DNA of 64,000 nt from Octopus vulgaris. Lineage: Eukaryota. The stretch spans positions 197,346,001 to 197,410,000 of the forward strand of contig OX597815.1 in the NCBI GenBank assembly GCA_951406725.2. The letters are read 5' to 3'. Both the position numbers and the translations under genes were made by a program. The first letter of the stretch is position 1, and each line of letters starts with the position of its first letter. Below are positions 15,581 to 29,137 of the stretch, piece after piece. The notes beneath the pieces are model-generated. The model was not told the origin of the DNA. It ran no database searches and was given only the letters and a program-made list of their open reading frames with translations.

Positions 15581-17464
15581 TATACGTGTGTATGTGCGTA
15601 TGCATGCGCGCGTGCGTGTATGTATGCTTGTCTGTGTTTATATATGTATATGTATATAGTACAGTTGGTATATGTAAATGCTATACAAAGTGATGTATAT
15701 CATTGAAAAACATTTGGTGCATAAAACATTAAACGGCATATCCATTTATCTGCCAGTTATTTTACTTGAAGCCTTTGAATGTGGGAGAAACACATCCATG
15801 GCTTCAATATTTATAACATACCGATCCACATAAACTTCCTTGGTCGGTTAACACAGTGAGAGTTGTTAAAACGCTTCAGATGTCAATTTATATTGACAAT
15901 ACATTATATTATTAAGTATTTAGCCTTCAGGGGAAAGTAGAAACTTTCAGAATTAAGATGTACACATTTGAATGCCTCAGAACTCTGATTGCTACAGCTT
16001 ACACACAAATAGATTAAAGTTCACACTCATATGACAATCATTATATAACTTCTGTGACTTCTCAACTCTGAATGCAATTATCACATTGATATATAATGAT
16101 TAAAGGAAATCAGATATCATCTGCTAACATTCAGTAATGGAGTCCTTCTATATGCATGGATGCATATAATACAATTTGAAGATTAAGTATTTTTCAAACA
16201 ATCGATCAGTTTGCAAATCACAAAGTTGCTTCTAATAGTTATATCAAAGTATAGGCGAAATCGTGCAAAAACCGAGGTAAGAGGTCGTTCTTAATGCATT
16301 ATTATAACTAATTTTCGGTATAATGGTGTGCAAATTATAAAATCAAATCAGTGTCTAAATTACTTAATCTGTATGTTTCAAACTTGTTTAGTCGCGTACA
16401 TATATTTATCTCGATGGAGACATTTGAATGAGCCATAAGGTTTTTCATGTCAACTATGTCTGACCTCCTCCAATGTAAAACGTTATTTAATTAAACGAAA
16501 ATGTTATTGTCTCTGTGATATTGTGAAATAAAGCATTCTATACTGAATAATATCTTTGTTTCTGCTTATTCTCCTAGGCTATATGTTTCTGCATCATACA
16601 TTTATTGCTATCTCTAAATCAATGATCTTACTAGCAGTGACTAATACAATATGTTAAAATAATTTAGAGTCACGTAGTAATAAAAAGGAGAGATACATTG
16701 CTTCTACGGCGGTTGCTTTTGTTGTATTCAAATTCTTTTAATAACGCAACCGCATGATATCAACAGGATAGAATGACGTGCACACAACTAGTTTCACATT
16801 TAATTAAGTCTCTTGTGAGTAATTTACCAACATAAATGTTGATCAAATGCAAATGTCTATGACACCGAATGACAACAGACGTACAATAGTTACTTTATCA
16901 CTTTGAAATAAATGATGTTCATTTCTCCCGACGTGTTTTCCATATAGTTATGACGTAGCACAACAAATGGTTATGCTTGCAGATAAAGGTGCACCGATGA
17001 TACAGCATGTAGCTTGTCATATAAAAATATTCTTAGCGTGTATCAACACCACGTTGATTATGAAATAGGTATTATGAGAAAGTTTATTATACATGACACC
17101 ATTTTCTGTGTACTAAGGAGGAAGCACAAAGAAAACATTGGGGCGAATCCCTTCTATGTCTACGGACAAATCTTTAAAACAAAATCTGTAATCATATCAA
17201 TGATTGCGTTAAGAAATACATTAAAATTGATAGAGTGATGTAGTGGAACACTTGGCATCCCACACTTTATCAGCGTCACACAATATAATGTAGATGTACG
17301 ACGCCATCTTAAACAGGCTTCAATGCTTTCTCGAGGAGAATTTCGTTGAATAGTTAAGAGCGAAAGTGTATGCATTTGACACTAATAATGAAAGTTATCA
17401 CTGGACACCTCATAACGGTGTCGAGACATTTCAGATACCGAATTTATTGTGGAATAAGAAGGCT

Positions 17465-17704
17465 TACTCTCTTTTACTCTTTTACTTGTTTCAGTCATGT
17501 GACTGTGGCCATGCTGGAGCACCGCTTTTAGCCGAGTAAATCGACCCCGGGACTTATTCTTTGTAAGTGTAGTACTTATTCTATCGGTCACTTTTGCCGA
17601 ACCGCTTGGTGACGGGGACGCAAACACACAAGCATCGGTTGCCAAGCGACGTTGGGGGGGGGGGGGATACAGACACACAAACACACACACACATACACAC
17701 ACAG

Positions 17705-17736
<32 letters not shown>

Positions 17737-17906
17737 GTATATACTACCGGATTCTTTCAGTTTCCGTCTACCAAATCCACTCACAAGGCTTTGGTCTGCC
17801 CGAGGCTATAGTAGAAGACACTTGCGCAAGGTTCCACGCAGTGAGACTGAACCCGGAACCATGTGGTTGGTAAGCAAGCTACTTACCTCACAGCCACCCC
17901 TACGCC
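17465..17906 (-). mobile_element. SINE family B, full length
   Basis: Reverse complement of 11503-11891. Confidence 0.92.
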
Positions 17907-18103
17907 TTTTTCAATGTTTCAAGTAAAATTGGAATTCAAGAACAAGTGCATACATACATTTATTTCATTTGCGCCCCAGGTATGGAATGATTAAATGCTT
18001 TAGTAAAAAAAAGGGTGAAAAATACGAAAATATGAAAATTTTACAAGCACTTAGTGTGGATTTAATGAAAATTATATTTATGAGTATCCAATTACGAAAG
18101 ATA

Positions 18104-18410
18104 GTGGAGGCACATGGCCTAGTGGTTAGAGGAACGGACTCGCGGTCGAGGGATCTCGGGTTTGAATCTCAGACCGGACGATGTGTGTGTTTATGAGCGA
18201 AACACCTAAGCTCCACGCGGCTACGGCAGAAGGTAATGGCGAAACTTCTGCTGACTCATTCGCCACAACTTTCTCTCACTCTTTCCTCCTGCATCTTGCA
18301 GCTCACCTGCGACGGACCGGCGGCTCGTCCAGGTGGGGAACCTATACGCCAAGAAACCGGGGAAACCGGCCCTTATGAGCCAGGCATGGCTCGAGAAGGA
18401 ACAAACAACA
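18104..18410 (+). mobile_element. SINE family C, tail type 2
   Basis: TGGAGGCACATGGCCTAGTGGTTAG head. Tail GAAACCGGCCCTTATGAGCC...GGAACAAACAAC. Confidence 0.88.
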
Positions 18411-19547
18411 ATTATGAATGATGTTTTCACATTTTCACAATTGATAACTGTGGATATTGCTATGTAACGAGTAAAATTAAGAAAGTAAATAGAGAAAGTA
18501 AGTTTTATTTTATGAGTATTCTTTCTTTGCAGAACTGAGAACTGAACTATAATAACCTTTAATATAGATAAAATTCTTCATATCAGGACATTCATGTAGC
18601 TGTTAATGAATATTAGTTTACATTATCATGTATAAATAAATAAGTTATAAGGCAAAATAATTAATTTAAAATGTATTGTAACCGTTTTATGTTACCCATT
18701 CCTCTTTTGCTATTCTCTTAATGACATAGTACAGCTTTGAAATTAGAAACATTGCGATTAAATGTACTTAATGAGTTTTTGACAATAAAACCTTTTAACT
18801 CTTTCCGTAAATCATTTTAAGGTAATTAACGTAAAAGCCACAGGACTAGTTTACATATTGAAAATTCAAATTATATTTATAATATATGTTCGTTGGTGAT
18901 TCTTAAGGTCTTATTAAATTCAATATTTCATTATTGTATCTCAGTAAGTGAGCTTACGAGAAGAGAAACCGATGTAGATATCGAAGAATCACTTTAAATA
19001 AATCACTTCCGTTTTAGGATACTTATTTCTTCAACACTGCAGTGGTAAATGCGTCTCTAATTCTGATCTCCACACTGTATTAAAATTACCTCAAAAGACA
19101 AAATATATTAAATGTGAACCTGTATGTCCGATCCAATATATTGAAATCGTTGTATTGACATTATTATTCTCTAAGTCATTATCTTAACAGGCATAATATT
19201 GAAACATATCTTTATTGTTGTTCAGGGTTTCATTTGCAAATGTAAATCATTGCCCATTATTGATTTATATATTCTACTCAAACTATGATGGATTAATAAT
19301 AATGTTTTCGTCATTCCAGGCATTACAACATTACTGGCAAATCGAAATTAGTTTTTCCAGCAAAGTAAGGAAGGTGTAATTTTTTATATATTTATGATCT
19401 CACCCAGCGATACAAGCACATATGAACACATATATAAATATAAGCTTATATTTGTGTATTTCTCTCTCTCTCTCTATCTATACATCTATCTATCTATCTG
19501 TCTGTCTGTCTGTCTGTCTCTCTGTCTCTCTCTCTCTCTCGCTCAGT

Positions 19548-19613
<66 letters not shown>

Positions 19614-19629
19614 ATATATAGGGGGAAAA

Positions 19630-19812
19630 TAAGAAAAATCAACGAAAATGCACATTGTAAATAAAAATAGAAAAGGCTTTTTATGAAAGGTAACGAAGAT
19701 ATATACATTTAGATGGACTGAAGTAGTAATAAATGTATATATCTGTTGTTACTTTTCATAAAAAGCCTTTTCTTTTTTTATTTACAATGTGCATTTTCGT
19801 TGATTTTTCTTA
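19630..19812. repeat. Inverted repeat (~82-bp arms, 18-bp spacer) within (TA)n
   Basis: AAGAAAAATCAACGAAAATGCACATTGTAAATAAAAA mirrored by TTTTTATTTACAATGTGCATTTTCGTTGATTTTTCTT. Confidence 0.9.
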
Positions 19813-19900
19813 CATTTTCTTACATTTCCACGTGTATTTTATGTATTATTTTTTAATTTTATATTTTGTATTTTATATTTTCTTTTGTAACATATTTCTA

Positions 19901-19959
<59 letters not shown>

Positions 19960-20048
19960 CACATATACGCAGTCTGATAAGTTTGTATCCGTCTGTCTCT
20001 CAAACTATCTATCTATCTATATATATGTCTGTCTGTCTGTCTGCCTGC

Positions 20049-20079
<31 letters not shown>

Positions 20080-21424
20080 TCTGGCGGTCTGTTCGTCTGA
20101 CTGCCTGTCTGTCTGTTTGTCAATCTACCTATAATTTACACATGCAAATATAGACATCGAGAAAATGAGTATGGGAGCAAAGATTTATCAGATATGTATT
20201 CAACTGTAGACACACATTTATGTGTTTGAATTATATATAAGCATCGGGACAGAGGCACGAAAGACACTTATAGAAAACCTTATTTTCTAATTATTATCCA
20301 CACAATATTCTATTCACAAAGAGACCTTACCCGACATCATGATATATTCCTCGCAACGTTAACATTCTTAGTGCTGGCATTTACAGTTGACTTGGAAAAA
20401 AATATTCATCAGATTCTGGATGTAAGAGTGTTGCAGAAAATTAGAAGAAAATAGGTTTGGGTACTTGCATTCTACGTCGGAAAGAGGAAACTTTTTCAGC
20501 AAAACTTTAGAAGCAGAAAAGCATTTTTGGAAATCTGTCATTCCTCTAGGCAATGAAAACCTAGTTATTCCGTAGAGCAACCCGCTACAAGTGCCAACTA
20601 TACATCAACGAAATCACAATCAATTTATTCTGCCAATGTATAACAGATGTTCATTTTACTTTCTTCAACTTTGTATTTATTACAAATGTATAATATAAGA
20701 AGCATTCGCAATAAACCTATAAATATTTTAGTGGTGCATCATTGAAAGCCTGTGAATTGTCGATACTGACAAAACCCGGAGGGCAGAATGCGCGTTTTAA
20801 CAATGTCACTATCGCAGCTGCACAACCTTCATCTGATAACGATATATTTTTGTGCTTTTTTTTTTTTTTTTTTCTTTTTTTTCACACTGTACGCCTATGA
20901 AAGATACCTCAGGGCAAATACCGCAAATAATTAGGCCTTGATATAATACACAGATTACAATTATACTATTTCAAACTAATACAACTTCTGTTGCCTCCTC
21001 GTTGAAGGCCACATCTTACTTGCATATAAAAGCGCAGGTAGGAGGGTGTTACTGAAGTCTGGCATGCACGGGATTGACTAGTTTTGCTTTGAGAAAATCC
21101 TTTAAGTTAAATACCTTATCTCCCGTCATTGTACTCTTTGAGATTTCAGCATCCATATCTCGGCACATATTCACTGCTTGCCCTAACTAGGCATAATCTA
21201 TTATCTCCTCGATTTCATCATCCCCCACCTCTATTCGGCTTTGTACTACGTCTTCTGACCGCATTTATTTCGTTTTCATGCGGTTCATTTTAAGACGTAC
21301 TGCATGGCTCTGAGTATCAAGCACTGTGAGCACGGTCGGCAGCTAGTCTGAGGTTTCAGTAACGAGCACATTGTCGACTGTGTATTGGAGGTGTGTGAGT
21401 TCTCGCCATTGATGTTCACAACAC

Positions 21425-21651
21425 TTACTCTTTTAGCTGTTTCAGTCATTTGACAGCGACCATGCTGGAGCACCACCTTTAGTCGAGCAAATCGACCCCC
21501 AGAACTTTTTCTTTATACGCCTAGTACTTATTCTATCGGTCTCTATTGCCGAACCGCTAATTTACGGGGACGTAAACACACCAGCATCGGTTGTCAAGCG
21601 ATGTTGGGGACACACGCACAGACACAAAAAATATATACACACGTACATATA

Positions 21652-21747
<96 letters not shown>

Positions 21748-21903
21748 TACATATACATATATACGACGGGCTTCTCTCAGATTCCATCTACCAAATCCAC
21801 TCACAAGGTTTTGGTCGGCCCGTGGTTATAGTAGAAAACACTTGCCCAAGGTGCCACGCAGTGGGACTGAACCCGGAACCATGTGGGTAGTAAGCAAACT
21901 TAC
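21425..21903 (-). mobile_element. SINE family B with expanded internal (TA)n
   Basis: Family B tail and head around a ~140-bp TA-rich tract. Confidence 0.9.
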
Positions 21904-22169
21904 TTTATTTTATCGAATTTGCCATAAAGGGAGTACATAGAGTATGATAGCTTGCGTGCTGGACAAGGACATTAATGAGGTGAATGATAATGATACAAGG
22001 ATGATAAGGATGGGAGAAGACAAAAAGCGCCCGCCGACTTTTGCTTTTCTAAAACATAGTTTTTTTTTTAAATAAATACTAACTAAGGTATTAAACCTCT
22101 TACAATATTGTTACACTTTTATGGGCAAAAGTGTCCATTACAATTAAAAACAATTACATCAAAGAATTT

Positions 22170-22541
22170 TTAATAAATTTTTGCCTCCTGCAGGCATCCC
22201 AGCAACCGCAAGTAGGGGTCCTTTACACATGATCTATACTCTTCCTTTGAGAAGGAGTCCATTATGTGATAAAGGTTCCTTTCTTCCATTACCCGAACAG
22301 CCACCTGCGGAGGCCACTCTGGAAAACAAGTCGAGTCTATTAGGTCCAGTCTATTAGGTCCAGTCGAGTCTATTAGGTCAAAGGAATTTTCTATATAGTT
22401 CTCTACAGTCTCTCCCCTGAGATAGAAGATGACATGTTCTTCAACATTTCCACTTGGAGGGGCCTTTATCTTCCGCACATCCGTTGGCTCGCGTTCCACC
22501 GAATAGGTTTCAGAACATGCCGCCGGTGCACCAGCAACCAC
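22170..22541 (-). other. Complex 123-aa ORF of unknown origin, possibly the 3' part of a retroelement ORF
   Basis: Non-repetitive open frame with a small in-frame duplication (DLIDST x2). Followed on the minus strand by ~270 bp ending in AATAAA near 21903. No domain recognised. Confidence 0.3.
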
Positions 22542-22624
22542 CGGCGATGCCTCGTTTTTCTTTCTTTTCTTTTTTTCTCCCTTTTTCGCATCGGGAGATT
22601 GACGTTACTCCGATTTGTCCGTAG

Positions 22625-23885
22625 GTCACTAATTTGCGTACCGAAAATTTATAAACTGTCAAAAAACTCTTTATATACTCATCAATAGCAGCAGTTATTT
22701 TATGAAGGAGTCCCAAATTTACGTACCGAAAGTGTTTACCACTCTATAAACTGTATATATACAAACAAATACAGCAGTTATTCTATGAAGGAGTCCCCAA
22801 TTTGCATACCGACATTTTTTAACAATCTATAAACTGTTTAAATATTCAACAAATGCAGCTGTTGTTCTATGCTGGAGTCCCTAATTTGCATACCGACAAT
22901 TTTCGACACTCTATAAACTGAATATATACTCAACAAATGCAGCAGTTATTCTATGCAGGAGTCCCTAATTTGCATACCGAAAATTTTTAACACTCTATAA
23001 ACTGTATATATACTCAACAAATGCAGCAGTTATTCTATGCAGGAGTCCCTAATTTGCATACCGAAAATTTTTAACACTCTATAAACTGTATAAATACTCA
23101 ACAAATGCAGTGTTTATTCTAGGCTGGAGTCTCTAATTTGCATACCGAAAATTTTTAACACTCTATAAACTGTATAAATACTCAACAAATGCAGTGTTTA
23201 TTCTATGCTGGAGTCCCTAATTTGCACACCGAAAACTTTTAACCACCCTATAAACTGTTTAAATACTCAACAAATGCAGGAGTTATTCTATGCTGGAGTC
23301 CCTAATTTGCATACCGAATATTTTTAACTCTCCATCAACCGTATATATACACAACAAATGCAGCAGTCATTCTATGCAGGTGTCCCTAGTTTGCATACCC
23401 ACAATTTTTAACACTCTATAAACTATATATGTACTCAACAAATGCTGCCGTTATTCTATGAAAGAATCCCTAATTTGCATACCGAAACTTTTTAACACTC
23501 TATAAACTGCATATAAACTCAACAAATGCAGCAGTTATTCGATAAAGGAGTCCCTAATTTGCACACCAAAAATTTTTAACACTCTATAAACTGTTTAAAT
23601 ACTCAAGAAATGAAGCAGTTATTCTATGAAGGAGTCCCTAATTTGCATACCGAACATTTTTATCCGTTCTATAAACTGTATATAAACTCAACAAATGCAG
23701 CAGTTATTCTATGCAGTAGTCCCTAATTTACTTACCGAAACATTTTAACCGCTCTATAAACTGCATATATACTCAACAAATGCAGCAGTTATTCTATGCT
23801 GGAATCCCTGATTTGCATACCGAAAATTTTTTACCGCTCTATATACTGTTTAAATACTCTACAATTTCAGCAGTTATTCTATGAA
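22625..23885. repeat. 84-bp tandem satellite, ~15 units
   Basis: Unit GTCCCTAATTTGCATACCGAAAATTTTTAACACTCTATAAACTGTATATATACTCAACAAATGCAGCAGTTATTCTATGCAGGA. Unit starts at 22793, 22877, 22961, 23045, 23129. Confidence 0.95.
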
Positions 23886-24055
23886 ATCTTTATTATAGGC
23901 ACGATGGCCTGAATGAAGAGGGTAACTAACAATGCAATACAAGACATTGGTTACATATAACAAAAATGCAGAAAGGATGATATGAAATGAAATATTAATA
24001 ATGAATTAAATTAAATGGCTTACGAGCCCCGCAAAGCTCGCAGTTTCATTTACAA

Positions 24056-24445
24056 CTAGCAGTATCACCCGGCGTTGCTCGTGTTTGTTTCGACCCTTTA
24101 GAATTGGAATTTTTGAAAAGCAAAAATTTTGCATTATTTAGCTTGTTATTCTCTTTAAGTGAACATTTTTTTCTGTTTGAAATACACAGAAAAATTGCGA
24201 CATGGCAGTAAAAAAATCATAAAAAATAGGGGTTTTCATAGAAAAAAAGCACCCTTTTGATGTAAATAATTTTTGGTGTTAACATGGTCCGATTTGAATT
24301 TTTCTTCTACGGAAGGAAGAGCAAGCCTTCTGTCACACTCTCAATTTTGGTCAACTTGTGACGCAGGGTCTCGGAGGAGATAGGGTTAATTGAAGGCTAC
24401 CAAACCTGCCATACTCAGACAACCTCAGCTTTATATATAGACAGA
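24056..24445 (-). mobile_element. Non-autonomous Helitron
   Basis: Minus strand reads A|TC...GC-rich hairpin...CTAG|T with no TSD. Termini shared with 53563-53928. Confidence 0.75.
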
Positions 24446-24456
24446 TTACAGTTGTA

Positions 24457-25790
24457 CTAACTGTGGTGTTCGTCAGTAATGTAAACGAGTAATTCATCCT
24501 GTTCTATAACGCCGGGCAAACTGTCATATCGAACGTAGTGCGCTATGCACACAGCTGTATTTGAAAACAAATTTATTAATTTATTTACCGTCTCTTTTTC
24601 CACTATTGCAGCCTTTATTTTGTTATCGTATATCCTCGGGTTCAATTTCACTATCGTCAGATTTTTCATTTTCGCTAATTTTTTCTCAATTTCTTTATGT
24701 TTTTTGTACAACATTACAGCTCTGAGATTTTTTCCTTTGGGTCTTCCTCCTTCCTTGTATGTTTTTAGACATTCTTCCACTTTTGTTGACCATTTTACCG
24801 TTTCATCCCACGTTGGACTTTCACTCACTTTAATTACTGTATCTCTCCCTTCATGTGTTCGACCTTCTGTCTCGTCGGCAGACTTCTTTTAATTTTTAAA
24901 AAGTTTTCTGGACTTTGGGTGGTGATTCCACCCGTTTTCGCTTTCTATCCTCTTTTTCTACTGTTCTTTCCTTTTCTTTCTCCTTCACTAACTCGTCGCC
25001 ACTTTCCATATTACCTGATCTCATGATTTCTTCTTCCGCTTGTAGTTCTACATTCTCTCTTTCTAACTCCTCTGTTAAAACTTTTATTCTTTCCTCCAGT
25101 GTTATCGTCTTCTCTTGTATTTCTCTTTGAAGACACACATCTTTCATGTGCCCTCTGCTCTTACATTTATAACATACTGGAGGTCTCCCTCCACCACGAC
25201 TCTCAGTCGTGTCTCATCGGGGAACACCAACTCCTCCGGGATGTTGTACAAATCTGGCATGGTTATGTGGATTAGGGTTTCCACCGCATAACCCCACCAG
25301 TTTATTTCATTCGACTTGTCCACCTTGAGTATGTCCACGTCCTCCTTGCAGTTGTAAATTATTGCAGCTTCTATTCTTTCGGTATCATGTTCCGATGCGA
25401 TTTTGCTTATTCGTACTCGCGCCACCCTTCTTCCACAACAAGTAGGAAGTAATACCCATTTTTCTGATCTCAACGCTGTCGTTGCATTCCTTTCTGCTTC
25501 ATCTTCATTTTCGAAGCGAACTTCTACTGTTGCGTATGTTCTACCTCTATTGTAGAAGGTAGTTCTTCCTTTTATTTCTTGTAAACATTTTTCAATCTCT
25601 TCTACTTCTGCCACCTCTATTCTTTTTGAGACCACATTCCATGTTCTGCATGTTATGGGTTTTTTCTCTGATTTTTTACTTCGTCTTCAAGTGGTGTAAC
25701 CCTCAGACAGTATCCTCCCTTTTTGAAGCTGTCGTAGTATTTCCTCAGATTTCTTTTAACAGTAATATGTTGGCAGACAGGCTTTTGCCT
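24457..25790 (-). pseudogene. L1/Tx1-type ORF1 (RRM-like region plus CCHC zinc knuckle), frameshifted
   Basis: Joining ORFs 25144-25635, 24896-25147 and 24457-24828 across small frameshifts gives ..LRVVVEGRPPVCYKCKSRGHMKDVC.. (CX2CX4HX4C), then a charged coiled-coil-like segment. Confidence 0.75.
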
Positions 25791-25812
25791 GCTGCTTTCA
25801 AGTAAGTCTGGG

Positions 25813-26058
25813 CTTGCATACCCAACAAATGCAAATTTATTCTATGATGGAGTCCCTAATTTGCGTTCCGAAAGTGTTCAACCCTCTATAAACTGTATAT
25901 ATACACAACAAATGCAGCAGTTATTCTATGAAGGAGTCCCTAATTTGCGTCCCGAAAGTGTTAAACCTTCTATAAACTGTTGAAATACTCAACAAATGCA
26001 GCAGTTGTTCTATGATTGAGTCCCTAATATGCATAGCGAAACTTTTTAACCCTCTATT
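25813..26058. repeat. 84-bp satellite, ~3 further units
   Basis: Same unit and orientation as 22625-23885. Confidence 0.92.
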
Positions 26059-26249
26059 ATGCCAGTATACCAGCGGCCTGTCAATGGGGATCTTAGTCCA
26101 CACAGTATCAATGTATGATATAATATATATGACACATTTGTTATAATTATATATAGGGCAAATTTAGTAATTTCTCTTGTTATATTATTATAAGTATATG
26201 ATACAGTATTATGTTAAATTTTTAATTTTAATGTTTTAGTTGGGAATTG

Positions 26250-26289
<40 letters not shown>

Positions 26290-26718
26290 TTTCTATCATT
26301 TATATATATATATATACACATACACATATATATATGTGTATATACATGCATATATATATATACACATACATACATACATACATACATACATACATACATA
26401 CATACATACATACATACTCAAACACTCGCCCCATTCATACATAAACTATCACCCACACACACCAGCTCGCGTAACGTCGTTGGGCAGGGTCAATGTTAAT
26501 CCCTACACATTTTTCCTCTCTCCGTTTATTTTGATTGTCTCCTAGTTTTTCCTCTTAATCCTTCTTGACGATGCGCTTAGGTATGAAACGTTAAAGACTT
26601 CTAATCTTCCCAAATGCCCATGCCAGGTGGGCCACTTTTGGTAAACTAATACACATGCTTGATGTTCCTACATCAGACTTCGTCTTTTTTCTGTGAATTT
26701 GAGTTATATATATATACA

Positions 26719-26783
<65 letters not shown>

Positions 26784-26830
26784 TTATATACATACATACA
26801 TACACACACACACATATCTTTCTCTCTCTC

Positions 26831-26878
<48 letters not shown>

Positions 26879-27104
26879 CAAATTTAACAATCAGTTATAT
26901 GTACGAAGAAAATCATATCGTTATTTTAGATTACACCTTAATAATCCAAGAATAGTTTCAATTGCATTAACATACATACGCACACACACATATAAGTATA
27001 TATGTATATATTCATACACACACACGCACACACACACACAAGCAAACATACACATATACTTATATAACATTATTAGAATTAATAATAATATGTCCAAAAA
27101 TTTA

Positions 27105-28085
27105 TGTCACCACAAATTTATCAAGATAATCAAAATTTGTGAAACTCTCATTGAACATCTGAAAAAATAATTCGCTCTCAGAAAATGCTAATAAAAATAA
27201 ACGCCAAATCAAATTGAACTTACGACATTTATTTATTCGACCAAGAGCGAAGTTATTGAATAACGAATTTTATATAAGTAAAATATAAAATTACCATACT
27301 AATTCCATTGTTTTTGACAATTGGAAATCTACATAAAAAAAATAACGTGTGCTAAGTAGCTTACTTACAAACCACATGGTTCCAGGTTCAGTCGCACTGC
27401 GTGGCACATTGGGCAAGTGTATTCTAATATAGTCTCGGGCCGACCAAAACCTTGAGAGTGGATTTGGTAGATGGAAACTGAAAGAATCTCGTCGTATATA
27501 TGTATATATATATATGTGTGTGTGTGTGTCTGTGTTTGTCCCCCCACATCGTTTGACAACCAATAATGGTGTGTTTACGTCCCCGTAACTTAGCGGTTCG
27601 GCAAAAGCGACCGATGGAAAATGTACTAGGCTTCCAAAGAATAAGTCCTGGAGTCGCTTTGCTCGACTAAAGGCGGTGCTCCAGCATGGCCGCAGTCAAA
27701 TGACCGAAACAAATAAAAGAGTAAAAGAGTAAAGAGTAACGTTGAAAACGAGTATATTTATCTGTCAAAATTGTTGACGTCACTGGATATATAAAGAATG
27801 TCATCAAGTTTAATAGAAAAATCTATACTCGTTTTCTACTGTAGATTTCCTATTTATGTAGATTTCAAATTGTCAAAATATCCGAAATTGGTATGGTATT
27901 TTTATAATTATTTTTAATAAAATACATTAGTTATTCCATGACGTCGCTCTTGGATGAATGAACTGTCTAAAGTTAAATTTGGTTTGGTATTTCTTTTTGC
28001 TAGCGTTTTTTAACAGTAATAGTTATTTCAGATATTCAGTTAAAATTTCACCTATTCGGATTACCTTGAAAATTTTGTGTTCATA
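27105..28085. repeat. Degenerate fold-back element interrupted by a SINE
   Basis: TTTTGACAATTGGAAATCTACATAA (~27312) mirrors TTATGTAGATTTCAAATTGTCAAAA (~27854). CCAAGAGCGA mirrors TCGCTCTTGG. Centre near 27790. Confidence 0.7.
27353..27738 (+). mobile_element. SINE family B, slightly 5'-truncated
   Basis: Family B core and tail. Confidence 0.9.
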
Positions 28086-28117
28086 AAAAATCTTCGTACA
28101 TATTATTATTAATTTTA

Positions 28118-28164
<47 letters not shown>

Positions 28165-28225
28165 TATAATATAAAATAAAATATATATATATATATATAT
28201 ATAATACATATGTGTGTGTGTATAT

Positions 28226-28271
<46 letters not shown>

Positions 28272-28275
<4 letters not shown>

Positions 28276-28410
28276 AGAGTTTACGGAAAAAACAAAAGAC
28301 GAAGACGGGTGTTGTACAAAACAAACAGATGTATTAATATAACGCTCAGGAATAGAAAAAGTATTTTACGTTTCGAGCCTACGCTCTTCTACAGAAAGGG
28401 ACACAGAACA
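28272..28410 (-). mobile_element. Short pLTR family D fragment beside (TA)n, with hammerhead-like motif
   Basis: Minus: CTTT-CTGTAGA-A-GAGCgtagGCTC-GAAACGTA-AAA. Homologous to the 14348 and 36194 copies. Confidence 0.6.
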
Positions 28411-28882
28411 CACACACACACATATATATATGTGTGTGTGAGTGTGTGTGTATGTGTATGTGTGTGTGTGTATGTGTGTGTGTGTGTGTGTGTGAGTGTG
28501 TGTGTGTGTATGTATATGTTAACGCAATTGAAACAATTGTCGGATTTTTAAGGTGTGATCTAAAATAAGGATATGATGTTCTCCGTACATATTGGTTGCT
28601 GTTAATAATCTGAATTTCTTAAAATTCTGCATACGTTTTGTTGTGCTTATCTGTCATACATAAGAATTTACCTGGGATTTGTATCCCACTTAGAGGTACT
28701 GGTATCTACTAGTTGGAAATTTAACCTTGCTTAGTGTTTACCTGGTATTTCTACGACCTTTTAATCCCATTTTTCCTACATACATACATAGATACATACA
28801 TACATATATGCATACATACAAACATACTCACTCATAAATACATACATATATACATACATGCATATATATACACTTTATACTT

Positions 28883-29020
28883 TAACTTGTTTCAGTCATG
28901 TGACTGTGGCCATGATGGAGCACCGCCATTAATCGAGCAAATCGATCCCAGGACCTATTATTTGTAAGCCTTCTATATATTCAATCGGATTCTTTTGCCG
29001 AAACGCTAAGTTACGGGGAC
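28883..29020 (-). mobile_element. SINE family B 3' half
   Basis: Minus GTCCCCGTAACTTAGCG...GGCGGTGCTCCATCATGGCC...TGACTGAAACAAG. Confidence 0.85.
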
Positions 29021-29024
29021 TTAC

Positions 29025-29137
29025 GTTTACAGCACCTAGGTTTCCCAAGCGGTCACCCATCTAAGTACTAACTAGGCTCGACTTTGCTTAACTTCGGTGA
29101 TCGGACGAGAACCGGTGCTTTCAAAGTGATATGGCCG

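Noticed and set aside
20368-20580. Protein-like short frames on both strands
   Set aside because: No recognisable domain, weak splice context and no partner exons.
22625-23885. 84-bp period equals 28 codons, the C2H2 zinc-finger repeat length
   Set aside because: The consensus unit has stops in all six frames and no C-x2-C or H-x3-H pattern.
22625-26058. CRISPR-like regular array
   Set aside because: Whole units are repeated with no unique spacers, there are no cas genes, and the context is eukaryotic.
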